A stretch of DNA of 49,253 bases from Sphaerodactylus townsendi (GCF_021028975.2 NC_059437.1:56420001-56469253); one strand, 5' to 3'; counted from the stretch's first letter, positions 1 to 10,354 are shown. The notes: a model not told the origin generated them from the sequence alone. A program made the numbers and translations.

Positions 1-1179
1 GGACCATGAGACATGGGGCCAGGGGCGAGCTGCGCTGCTCTTGTTCTCGTGCTCCCAATTAGATCCCTCCTCATAACAGAATAAGTGAATTTGGGCAATC
101 TTAAAAAACAGACATGCTGATCCTGCTCCATCATTTCCCTAGGAGAGGGATGGGGAGGACACACAGGGCCCAAAAGGTGGGTATGCTAAGCAAAAATGAG
201 CTTTCCATTTGCAGCGCTGGCTGCTGGGAACTGTGGCTGGTGGGTAGCAGGCCTCTTGTTCTCTGATGTTATTGGGCTCTGGTGAGACTCCTGCCCTTAT
301 TCGACCTGCACTCTCACTGTCTGTGCTGGCTGGCGGTTGTTGAGTTCCTCGTGGCCTTTCTCAAACTCTAAATTGATAACTGAACATATTTTCGTTTTAC
401 AAAGACATTAAGTCAGTCTTCCAAAAGACACCAGTCCTTTTAAACCTGTTTTGATCGTTCTTCCGAGATATGATTTGTGCACTCAGATCACCTTGTCAAC
501 AGAGAAACACAGACTAAATAAATACAAATGTTTTGCATTCGAAAGGAATTTTCAAGCCTGGTTCTGAGGAGAAACAAATTAAAGGTCAACTGGGGTCCAT
601 TTGAACTGAGAAAGCAAAATACAGCTGACCTTCTAGCCTGATCTATTCAGGGGTAATCCCGTTGATGCCAAAGAAATCCACTAATGCCCCTTCGTGACTC
701 GTGCCTTGTTTATTCCTGACACATCTTTGTGGGTGGGGAGGGGGTTGGGGCGGAGTACTCTGGCATGCACTACGAACCTCACAGCTCTGAAATTGAGCTG
801 ATGATGCATTTGCTAAAGGGAAAGAAGTCACGTTAGGGACTTCCTCAGGTGACAAAAACCATCAGCACATCGCAAAGCAAAGCACAAAACAAAGGTTATT
901 ATTTTTGCACAGTTCTGATAGCCAGACAGAAGGTGGCTCAGCAAATTCAAAACCCCGCAGTTGTGTGGGCGCCACGGCTCGCTGCCTGCAGCCATCCAAG
1001 CAGGGAGAATCCCACCCCCCTGCAGCAGGGCCTGTTCTCCAAAACCCCCAGTTCCCAGTGGGAATCCCCCCACCTGCTCACACATACACTTGCGAATCTC
1101 TCCCCAAAGCTGCCTTTTGCAGGAAAAAAAACGAGAGCTCCCCACTATCCCTGCAGGAACGAGAATGATAGAAGGAAAA

Positions 1180-1900
1180 GAAGTCTTGCGCGCAGAGAGG
1201 TTTAGAGATTCAGCCCGGCCGCTCTTGCTTCGGGAGCCACGCTCGTTTCCTTTGGAAGCCCCCCCCCCCTTTGGAAAAGCGAGCAGAGCCCCCTCCTGGC
1301 TTGCAAAACAAAACGGAGCCAGAAGAAGTCGGCGCCGGCGCCATTGGTTCTGCCAGGGTGGGGGTGGGGGTGTCGGTCCCGGAAAATGGCTCACTCCCCT
1401 TGGGCCCTGGGCATTGCGCTGGCTGCTGCAGGGAAGAGGGGCTGGCCGGGGCCCTGAAACTGCCCTGGGGGGCAACCTCCCCCCACCCACCCACCCCCGC
1501 ATTACTCACGGCAGCTGTCGGAGCTGGAATAAATCTTCCTCCATTGCAAAGGCGGAGCCGGAGGCGCCTCTCGCATCGCCCTTACATGGCGCGCACGGGC
1601 GAGGCGAGGGGAGGCGCGCCGAGTTCAGGAGCTGCTGGTGCTGGACAGCTCCCGCCTCTCTCCGCCCCCGCCCTCCCCTCCTCCCTCCGCCTGGCTGGGC
1701 CAGAGACTCCCTTCCGGGGCTGTTCCCCCGGCCTGGGGGGCTCAACAGCAGCTCCGCCCCCCCCCTCAGCAGCAGGATGCCAGGGGCACGTGGGCTCCCC
1801 GGGGACGCCACCAGCACACGGCAGAGGGGGCAGCGGCCACTCAAGCAACCGGGCACAATTACGCAATCTTCCTGGCGCCTTCTCCGGGAGGCAGCTCCAC
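1180..1900. promoter_or_regulatory. CpG island spanning SVOP promoter and exon 1
   Basis: High GC and CpG density, GC boxes (e.g. ccgcccccgccc near 1662), surrounding the SVOP start codon. Boundaries approximate. Confidence 0.7.
1510..1544 (-). CDS. SVOP: Synaptic vesicle 2-related protein, first coding exon (gene continues off the left edge of the window)
   Basis: Minus strand ATG at 1544 reads MEEDLFQLRQL(P), matching the SVOP N-terminus as I recall it, then a CC|gtgagt donor (phase 2). It lies in a CpG island and fits SVOP-USP30 synteny. No second SVOP exon recognised in 1-1509. Confidence 0.9.
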
Positions 1901-2308
1901 CACGCCTCCGGTGGGGGCACTTCCCTGTCCTCCCCCTTCCTCCTCACAACAGGGGACAGTGCCGCCCTTAGTGGGCAGGAAGGGTTCCCGAGATCCAACT
2001 CCAGGGATCCAACGTTCTGGACAGGGCCTTTTCAAGATGCTGGATGCAAAGTCTGCTTGCTCAGAGGCTTAGTGAGGGCAGCATGCCAAGCAGAGTGGCG
2101 AGGTTGCAGTTTCTCAGCAGCCCTATGTGGCAGCTCATTTAGCCCCTGAGTACTGGGGATGAGAGGGATCCAAGGGGCGTGGCACTGGGCATGGCGGCAG
2201 CAGCCAATGTACTTAGCAAGCACAGGAACTTCTGAGAAGGTGCAGTGCAGTCTATCTGAGCAGTGAGAATGTGGATCTGAAGAAGCAGTTTCCTTCAAGA
2301 GCCACAAC
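1835..2308 (+). repeat. Left arm of a 474-bp inverted duplication
   Basis: Reverse complement of 8427-8900; about 23 substitutions and no indels by manual alignment (~95% identity). Confidence 0.95.
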
Positions 2309-2343
2309 CATATAATTCACCCTGCTACTAGATTTTGGGAGTG

Positions 2344-2919
2344 GAGAGACAGTATGTTATAGTGGTTAAGAGCAGCGGACTCTAATCTACAGAACCAGGT
2401 TTGATTCCCTACTCCTCCACATGAGTGGCGTAGGAGGTTAAGAGCTTGTGTATCTAATCTGGAGGAACCGGGTTTGATTCCCCGCTCTGCCGCCTGAGCT
2501 GTGGAGGCTTATCTGGGGAATTCAGATTAGCCTGTGCACTCCTACACATGCCAGCTGGGTGACCTTGGGCTAGTCACAGCTTCTTGGAGCTCTCTCAGCC
2601 CCACCTACCTCACAGGATGTTTGTTGTGAGGGGGGAAGGGCAAGGAGATTGTCAGCCCCTTTGAGTCTCCTGCCGGAGAGAAAGGGAGGATATAAATCCA
2701 AGCTCTTCTTATCTGATGAACTGGATTTGTGTCCCCACTCCTACACATGAAGCCTGCTGGGTGTCCATGGGCTACTCACAGTCCTCTCCAAACTCAGCCC
2801 CGCCTACCTCACAAGGTATCTGTGGTGGGGAGAGGAAAGGAAGAGGGTTTGTAAGCCACTTTAAGAGCCCTTCCAGGACAGAAAGGCAAGGTATAAATCC
2901 AAACTCTTCTCCTCTTCTT
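2344..2919 (+). mobile_element. tRNA-derived SINE (Squam3-like) with a second SINE subfamily copy nested at ~2424-2710
   Basis: A-box-like tagtggttaaga, B-box-like ggtttgattcc, shared body gggtgaccttgggctagtcacag and tataaatccaaactc(ttc)n tail. The host sequence resumes after 2710. Confidence 0.8.
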
Positions 2920-3380
2920 AGAGCTCTGAGGTGTAAATAGAGTCACTTGTGAGAAAATATGTTCAAGGTTGTGCAGCACGGCTTGCTGGCTTGTATCTTT
3001 CATTGACATTCACTGAGAAGGCCATTCAAAACTCCTCCCATATTGTCTGGCCACCAGTTAGGTTCTGCCTGTCATATCCTGTCATCTTTGCCTTCACAAA
3101 CCACACAGTAGGACAGCACAATCTGAAAGCAAGCGGCAGGCAGAAACACCCCCTCTCCTCCCGCCACAACATGGGAGGCACACAGGATGTTTGGAAACTT
3201 CCATTAATTTTATTTTTCAACAATAAAACATTCACAACCATAACAGCCAACTGTTCAAAATCTGACAACACCCCACAACCAAACAATGCCAAACCGAAAA
3301 ACTGTCAGGGTTTGCCGCCAGACATCACAAAGGTGCATTTAGGGAGGGGTCACGGTCGCATCCCTCCGCCTAGCCAGTGT

Positions 3381-3530
3381 CATAAGAACATAAGAACAAG
3401 CCAGCTGGATCAGACCAGAGTCCATCTAGTCCAGCTCTTTGCTACTCGCAGTGGCCCACCAGGTGCCTTTGGGAGCTCACATGCAGGATGTGAAAGCGAG
3501 GGCCTTCTGCGGCTGTTGCTCCCGAGCACC
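3381..3530 (-). mobile_element. CR1-type LINE/SINE 3' end fragment
   Basis: cataagaacataagaac short tandem tail followed by gctggatcagaccagagtccatctagtccagc, a sauropsid CR1-associated terminus recognised from memory. Confidence 0.5.
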
Positions 3531-3944
3531 TGTCTGTCTTATTGCCACTTTCCTTTTCCTTAACCATGCCTCAATCGTGGCCACACGACACTCAAAGCTG
3601 TGTCTGTAATGGAACAGCGCGGCTGTTAGCAGATCCTATTTGTGACTTGCGCAAATGGAGACAGAGCTGGCTTTGGTCATCTTAGGTCTCCAGATTGGCC
3701 CTGATCACAATACAGGATAGTTGACTAAAACTTGTCCCAAGCATGGGCTGATTCAGCAGTAGAATTTTTCCTAAGCTGACTGGTCACCGTTTGCCAATGT
3801 GCCGGAGGAGGACTGGCTTCTGCTGAAGCCACCTTGGTTTGGGGGAATGTGGCATGGACTGAAAGGGAGAACCTGAGGTCAGCAGTGAAGGCAGTTAAAG
3901 TGATGGGCTAATTTGTGAGATTTGTGCAGGCTTGCCTCACAGCG

Positions 3945-4430
3945 TATTGCAGAAATCTCATCATGCTTTTCTCCATCAATCAGAACTGGAGGAGAAGTCA
4001 ATTTGGGCTGCCACAGATCAGGGAAGTGGTCTTTTTGAGAAAGCTGCAATGGAAAACAGGATGAATTTTACTCAACGTCTTGGTCAAGTCCAATTCAGCA
4101 GTGACCTCATTGATAACCCGTACAATCTTGAAGGGACCGATGTACTTAGATTCCAGTTTAGTAGGCCTATGAATGTCACGTAAGTTCTTAGTGGAGAGGT
4201 CATATCTCCCACCACTAGAGGGAAGTCACGTCTATGCTTATTAGCCTGGCGTTTGTAAGATTCCTGGGACTTGGACAGTGCCTCAAGGATGGGTGGCCAC
4301 CTGTCAACAATTGCTTGCATCAAATCCTTCAATTCGGGTGCCAAAACCAGCCCTGGTTGAAAAAATGGTAAAGGCTCAGCACAGCACCAAGAGACAACCT
4401 CAAACGGGGTTTTCCCCATTGTGAATGGAA
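3945..4430 (-). mobile_element. Degenerate Ty3/Gypsy (chromovirus-like) integrase C-terminal fragment
   Basis: Minus strand reads GKTPFEVV...W..I.EALSKSQESYKRQANKHRR...VVGD and, after a frameshift, LSTKNL...KLESKYIGPFKIVRVINEVTAELDL...IHPVFHCSFLKK (GPY/F module), then PPVLIDGEKHDEISAI (chromodomain start). Confidence 0.85.
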
Positions 4431-4468
4431 TTACTCAACTCCCCCTCCCATCATGCGAAAGAACACCT

Positions 4469-5433
4469 AGGATGCCTAGTAGTTGGGGCTGTTTTGTGTG
4501 CTGCTATATGCTTTTTCCAGGCCTGTGCTGGGTGGGGGTTGAGCAGAGGTGTTCCTCCCATTGGGAAAAGTGGGCAGTTGCCCAGGGCGCCAGCTTGTGG
4601 GGGGGCGCCAAAAATGCAGGTGGGATTTTTTTGAATTTTCAGTGTTTTTTTTCTGTTTTTGGCCTGCAGGGGGTGCAGTTTTCAGGCTAGCAGCACCAAA
4701 ATTTCAGGGATTTTTCGGGAGACTATCCTAATGATATCACCCAGGTTTGGTGAGGTTTGGTTTAGGGAGTCCAAAGTTATGGACTCCCATAGGGAGTGTC
4801 CCCATCCCCCATTGTTTCCAATGGGAGCTAATAGGAGATGGGGGCTACACCTTTGAGGGTCCATAACTTTGGACCCCCTAAACCAAACTTCACCAAACCT
4901 GGGTGGTATCATCAGTAGGGGCTCATGAAGATACTCTGAAATTTTGGTGCTGCTATCTTAATAATTGCACCCCTGACAGCAGGCACACCCTAAATTGCCC
5001 CAGATTCTCCTTTTAAATCCACCCCCTTCCTGCCAATGCTTGTTTTCTTTCATTCTTTCATTCTTTCAATGCCTAATAAAGGTTGTTGTTGTTGTTGGGG
5101 GGGGGGGGGCATCAAACTCAGGTTTTGCCCAGGGCTTTAGTTTGCCTAGGTACACCACTGGGGTTGAGTGCTCTGATTCTTTCTCTGTTTCACTTTCCTC
5201 CTCCTTAACAGGTGCTGACCACGGTCATCTTAACTGCTGTGGACTTGTTATCTGTCTCATTGCATAGTTTGGTGTTCTTTCACATGATGGGAGGAGCAGT
5301 TGGGTAACTGTTTCTTTATTATTCTGCTTTGCGTGGGAAAGAGCCCTTCCTGGCTTTGCCAAGCTGTTCACCAGAACTTGAATAAACGTCTGTTCTTATA
5401 CATGGGGTTGTTTCAGTTTTTGGGAATCTGACA
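4469..5433 (+). mobile_element. Gypsy-type LTR (~340 bp) interrupted by a hAT element
   Basis: Ends ...ctgaca at 5433, AATAAA at 5381-5386. Its start aggatgcctagtag matches the inverted copy that begins TGTCAGGATGCC at 5624. Adjacent to the integrase remnant. Confidence 0.6.
4544..5160 (+). mobile_element. Non-autonomous hAT-type DNA transposon
   Basis: TIR cagaggtgt / acaccactg, perfect 8-bp TSD gggttgag (4536-4543 and 5161-5168), internal inverted tccaaagttatggac repeats. Same family as 21390-22118. Confidence 0.85.
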
Positions 5434-5435
5434 TT

Positions 5436-5624
5436 AAGCCAGGAAGGGCTCTTTCCAGCGCAAACAGATACCCAACTCCCCCTCCCAACAAGTCCACAGC
5501 AGTTAAGATGACCTGTTAAGGAGGAGGAAGGTGAAACAGAGTACTCAATCCCCCCACCCAGAACAGGCCCGGAAAAAGCATTTAGCAGCATCCAAAACAG
5601 CCCCAACTACTAGGCATCCTGACA
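5436..5624 (-). mobile_element. Internally deleted inverted copy of the same LTR
   Basis: Minus strand starts TGTCAGGATGCCTAGTAGTTGGGG and matches 4469-4543, 5161-5249 and 5331-5355 with deletions. Confidence 0.7.
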
Positions 5625-5726
5625 GGTGCCCGTGGCAAATAAATGACACCTTTAAGCAGCCAGCTGTGTGGAACACTATCAGCAGCTCACTTGCACCATG
5701 GCACCACCAACCCCAGGGCCTCAAAG

Positions 5727-7066
5727 CAGAGGTGGGATCCAGCAGGTTCTCACAGGTTCCCGAGAGTAGGTTACTAATTATTTGTGTGTGCCGAGAGGGG
5801 GTTACTAATGGGTGATTTAGCCACGTGATTTTTGCCTTAGTTACACCCCTCCTCTCAGCAGTAGCGTGCAGAACTTGAAGCAGTCTAGCACAGGGGTCGG
5901 GAACCTTTTAGACTCAAAGAGCCATTTGGGCCCATTTTCCCCGGAAAAGAAAATTCATGGAGCCGCAGGGGGGGGGATTCCGCTTTCTTCTCTCCCCCCC
6001 CCCGCCTCTGTGGGGGGGCGGACGGAGGCGCGGAGGCCGCTTTCTTCTGGGGGGGGGGCGGTGCAGAGGCCACCTTCGGGCAGGTTTCACTTTCACCGGC
6101 CGGACAGCTGTTGCGGCTGCTGCTTCTGCTCCCCCTCCTTCTCCTTGCTCCTTCCCCCTCCCTTCTTCGACCTTGGCTGTGTTCGACTTCTGATAAGCGA
6201 AACCCATCAAAAAATCCCCTGCGTTGCCAACTCCAGGGCTGAGCTGGGGGATTCTGGACTGTTTCGGGGATTTTTGGGCGAACCGAACGGCTGGTGTGGC
6301 GCGGAAGCCGCTTTTTTCTCTTCCCCCTTGGGGGGGGCGGCGGCGGCGGCGGCGCGGAGGCCGCTTTCTTCTCTCTCGGGGGGGGGGGTGTGTGGCAGCA
6401 CGGAGGCCGCTTTTTTCTCTTGGGGCGGCGGCAGCTCTGGGGCCGCTCTTGGCGGCGGCGCTTTTCTCTTAGCGCGCCGGGAGGCCGCTTTCTCCTCTGG
6501 GGGGGGGGTGGCGTGGCCTCTCTTTCGGGGGGGGGGCGGCGGAGGCCGCCTCGGGTGGCGGCGCATTTTCTCGCATAAAGGGGTGGCGGCGGCGGCGGAG
6601 GCCGCTTTCTTCTCTGGGGGGGGGCGGCGGCACGGGTGCCGCTTTCTTCTGGGGCTGAGCGGCGGCGCGGAGGCCGCCTTCCCCCGGCTCGGAGACGGCT
6701 GGCCGGCGGCAGTCTCTGCAGCAGGGGAAGGGGGCTGCAAATCCCACGCTGCCCAGGAAGGGGCGTGGAGCCGCACCACAGGCTCTAAAGAGCCGTTTGC
6801 GGCTCGCGAGCCGCAGGTTCCCGACCCCTGGTCTAGCAGGAGGTGCACCGGCGTGCGTGGCAGCCTGCGCCTGCATGCATTCGTTTCCCGCCCAAGGACC
6901 GGCGCAGCGGCTGTGTCTTTGCCACAGCCCCACCCAGGAATGCCCCGCCCCCAGAATGCCCGGCCACGCCCCCGTTGTGCCCCGCCCAGCCCCATTGGCG
7001 CTACACCACAGTTTGAATCCCCCCACCATGGGAACCTGTTACTAAAATTTTTGGATCCCACCACTG
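5727..7066 (+). mobile_element. Non-autonomous hAT element (host of a nested insertion)
   Basis: TIR cagaggtgggatcc / ggatcccaccactg; perfect 8-bp TSD cctcaaag (5719-5726 and 7067-7074). Confidence 0.9.
5891..6830 (+). mobile_element. Nested hAT (Charlie-like) element with GC-rich internal tandem repeats
   Basis: 16-bp perfect TIR caggggtcgggaacct / aggttcccgacccctg; perfect TSD gtctagca (5883-5890 and 6831-6838); many gcggaggccgctttcttct(g)n units inside. Confidence 0.9.
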
Positions 7067-8214
7067 CCTCAAAGCCACAAGGGGAAGATTCCATCCCACA
7101 CGCCTCTTTAGGGGAGAGAAGCATTGCCTCAGAAATCATTTCATTCTGGTTGTGTCTCAGTTCCCTCAGAGGTGAGGGAGGTGGGCCTCTTCTTCCTCTT
7201 GTTCCACTTACCTGGTTTTTTTGTAGGGGGTGAGGAGTCAGAAGTGCTGGTGCAGGTGGCCCCTTCCACATCATCAGGCTGGCCTTTTTGCTCCCTCAGC
7301 TTTTTCTGTGCCTGGTGTACACCTCCCACTGCCAAATTAACCAGGATAGAAGAGAAAGACAATGAAGAAATGTTCTGGGAAACCACTAAATATAATAATT
7401 TTGAAAAAGGCAAGAGATGAACTTCTACTGGGCCGACTACTGTACCCAGTAGTCCCTACTGGGACTAGTGTCAAATCTAGTCCAGAGATATACAACTTAG
7501 CTGTAGAGATATACTAACTTATAACTACAAGCAGGTTTGAATCAAGATGAAAGGCAGGTTATCAATATTTTAAATGAATAAATAACCTTGGGGGGCATGG
7601 CAGTCTTCGCACGCTCAGAACCTCTCCTACGAATTTGGCCTCTCACGAGGCAACTGCATGGCCTGTCCCCAGGTCTCCAGGAAGAATTTAAGGTGTTAGT
7701 TTTGACATTCCAGTCCTTTCGAAGCATGCCTCTTTCTAGATGAGCTTTATTATAATCAACTTCTCGGCCCCCCCCCCCCCCCGCTTCTCGAAAGTTAGGC
7801 ATGAGGTGGAGCAGAGTCTTCTCAGCTTTGGCTCTGTTGTTACAGATCATATTACAGAGCAAGATCTGTCAGAACACCTTTCAGGAGAAGGCTTTTCAAG
7901 ATCTTCTAAACAGAGGTGTCCAACTTTGGCCCTCCTGATGTTCATGGACTGCCATTCCCATCAACTCCTGCCAGCGTCGCCAATCTCACCAGTATAACAC
8001 CTGTGTAGCTCAGGTGGGTCAGAAGCTCAAATAGCAGTGGTAACTTAAATTTGCTCTGGCTGCCTCAAGGGGCTCTTGCTCCAGAATAACAGAACAGCAT
8101 TTATACCAATAGAATGGCACTTTTATTTGTGTGGGTTGTGGGTGTGCTAATTATTCCTTAGTCTACAATCTACCGCACAGAAGTTCAGTGAGGTGCAGCA
8201 GGAAGGGACAGTGT

Positions 8215-8425
8215 TCCCTGCGTGTCCAGACGGCCCCCCTGCTTGTCCAGATGGCCCCCTTGCATGTCCGGACATGCCTGGGAGGTTGGGCAGGATGCCT
8301 GGGAGGTGTGGCGGGATGCCTGCGAGGTTGGGCAGGATGCCTGGGAGGCTCCCCTGCGTCTCCAGATGGCCCCCCTGCTTGTCCAGACGCCCCCCCTGTG
8401 TGTCTGGATGCCTCCCCTTCCTGGG
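8215..8425. repeat. Compound ~21-bp minisatellite
   Basis: About 3 units of tgcttgtccagatggcccccc, 3 units of tgggaggttgggcaggatgcc, then 3 more units of the first type; abuts the duplicated arm at 8427. Confidence 0.85.
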
Positions 8426-8426
8426 A

Positions 8427-8900
8427 GTTGTGGCTCTTGAACGAAACTGCTTCTTCAGATCCACATTCTCACTGCTCAGATAGACTGCACTGCACCTTCT
8501 CAGAAGTTCCTGTGCTTGCTAAGTACACTGGCTGCCGCCGCCATGCCCAGTGCCACGCCCCTTGGATTCCTCTCATCCCCAGTACTCAGGGGCTGAATGA
8601 GCTGCCACACAGGGCTGCTGAGAAACTGCAACCGCGCCACTCTGCTTGGCATGCTGCCCTCACTAAGCCTCTGACCAAGCAGACTTTGCATCCAGCATCT
8701 TGACAAGGTCCTGTCCAGAATGTTGGATCCCTGGAGTTGGATCTCGGGAGCCCTGCCTGCCCACTAAGAGCGGCACTGTCCCTTGTTGTAAGGAGGAAGG
8801 GGGAGGACAGGGAAGTGCCCCCACTAGTGGCGTGGTGGAGCTGCCTCCCGGAGAAGGCGCCAGGAAGGTTGCATAATTGCACCCGGTTGCTTGAGTGGCC
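8427..8900 (-). repeat. Right arm of the 474-bp inverted duplication
   Basis: Reverse complement of 1835-2308; the ORF track shows near-identical peptides from opposite strands of the two arms. Confidence 0.95.
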
Positions 8901-8948
8901 ATACATTGAATTTGTTGTGTACCTGAAAAGATAACTGTAACATTTGGG

Positions 8949-9351
8949 TGCTGTGTGGTTTCCGGGCTGTATGGCCGTGTTCTAGCAGCATTCTCTCCTG
9001 ACGTTTCGCCTGCATCTGTGACTGGCATCTTCAGAGGATCTGATGTTGGGAAAGCAAGTGGAGTATATAGCTGTTGGAGTGTCCAGGTGGGTGGAGAAAC
9101 CTTGTCTGTGAGTAACAAAGAAGGCAACCAGGTCAATAGTTGAGGGCATCTGAATAGAAGTATGAGTAACAATGAAGACTATAGCCTGGGAGTAACACTG
9201 GAGATAGCAAGGTCACTGGTGGGAGCATCTGAATAGAAGTATCCTGGCCTTTGTTTCTTTTGTCTATGGTCATCCTGTGTTTGTGTGGAGCTGGTTAGGC
9301 ACTGTCTTGACTCTAGTATTTTTCAACACTGGCAGCCAAGTTCTGTTCATT
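8949..9351 (-). mobile_element. 5'-truncated Penelope-like retroelement (3' end)
   Basis: Minus strand has an ORF tail MNRTWLPVLKN..., short internal direct repeats (gcatctgaatagaagtat x2 on +), a hammerhead motif and the terminus gctagaacacggccatacagcccggaaaccacacagcac, typical of squamate Penelope elements as I recall them. Confidence 0.75.
8996..9038 (-). ncRNA. Minimal type I hammerhead ribozyme within the Penelope-like element
   Basis: Minus-strand RNA UCCU-CUGAAGA-U-GCC-(13 nt loop)-GGC-GAAA-CG-UC-AGGA: CUGANGA and GAAA cores, GUC triplet, stem I UCCU/AGGA, stem II GCC/GGC, palindromic ACGU mini stem III. Confidence 0.8.
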
Positions 9352-9851
9352 ATTTAAAAGGGACAAGGGCAAGAAGGAAACCATGTAAAACATTGGCACA
9401 ATCACATACATACGTCCTTTGCAAACCTTATGGTTTTTGGACCACACTGGTCTCTGTGTCCTGACCTGGAGCCAGTGTAGTCAGGTAACTCGACTCAGGA
9501 AAATATTTTGGCTATTTTCCTGGCGGTAACACTGGGGGAGGCAGGCCAGCTGGGGTGCCAAGATTCATGTGGGGCCTCAACAGTTTCCCGGGAGGAAAGG
9601 GCAACTTCAGAGGGTGGACTATACGCATCACATTCCAGGCCATCTCCTACTACTCAAACTGTGCCCTTTCCAGGCAAACACCCTCAAATCTCCAGGAGTC
9701 TCCCAAGCCAGAGCTGCCAGTTCTAGAATTTGTCACCTGGACTGTAATTCTTCTCTCTGGAATTCTTTCATCCCAGACACCTCTAAATCGCGGGTTTTTT
9801 TTAAAAAATAATAAGCAGCGGGTGACTGCAAATTAATCATATATACGATAA

Positions 9852-10354
9852 CAGTGGTGGCAAACCTATGGCACGGGTGCCAGAGATGGCACTCAGAGAC
9901 CTCTCTGTGGGCACGTGCAGAGTGCTCCCCCACATCTAGGCTGGCCTGGGCTGTTGGGCTCGATTATTAGCATTAAACCTAAGACCTAGTTTTGGGAAAG
10001 CAGTGTAGGTAACCCTGTTAAGCGCTGTTAAACCCCACTGATTTTCATGCGAAGAACTAAAGCACAATCCTTTACCTGGGAGTAAGCTTGGTTGCTGGCA
10101 ATGGGGCTTGCTTCTGAGTAAACCCTCCTAGGGTCGTAATTCACCCATTGGAAGAGTTGCACAGTTGCTTCAAAGCAAAGCCACCGACTACCACCAAGCT
10201 TACTCCCGAGTAACGCACGCCTCGGAGCCAACCATTTTTTCTAAACTAAAACCTCAGTATTCAGGCTAAATTGCCGTGCTGGCACTTTGCGATAAATAAG
10301 TGGGTTTTGGGTTGCAGTTTGGGCACTCGGTCTCGAAAAGGTTCGCCATCACTG
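9852..10354 (+). mobile_element. Non-autonomous hAT-like element
   Basis: Imperfect TIR cagtggtggcaaacct / aggttcgccatcactg; TSD not preserved. Confidence 0.65.

Noticed and set aside
1-1500. Further SVOP exons or another gene at the left edge
   Set aside because: No frame resembling SVOP exon 2 (VVKFRRTG..., from memory) was recognised; treated as SVOP intron 1.
828-2149. Overlapping 224-336 aa ORFs on both strands
   Set aside because: CpG-island artefacts; only the last 12 codons of the 1506..1856 ORF are real (SVOP exon 1).
5866-7274. Long ORFs of 455 aa (+) and 355 aa (-)
   Set aside because: They run through GC-rich tandem repeats of nested hAT elements; low-complexity products, no transposase motif, open only because stop codons are rare.
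8131-8703. Cys/Pro-rich repeat ORFs and a CRISPR-like look of the 21-bp repeats
   Set aside because: Units are directly tandem with no unique spacers, there are no cas genes and the DNA is vertebrate; the peptides are minisatellite translations.
1835-8900. One 7-kb transposon with 474-bp TIRs
   Set aside because: No TSD flanks the arms, no transposase lies inside, and the left arm merges with the SVOP CpG island. Not fully excluded without a genome-wide search.
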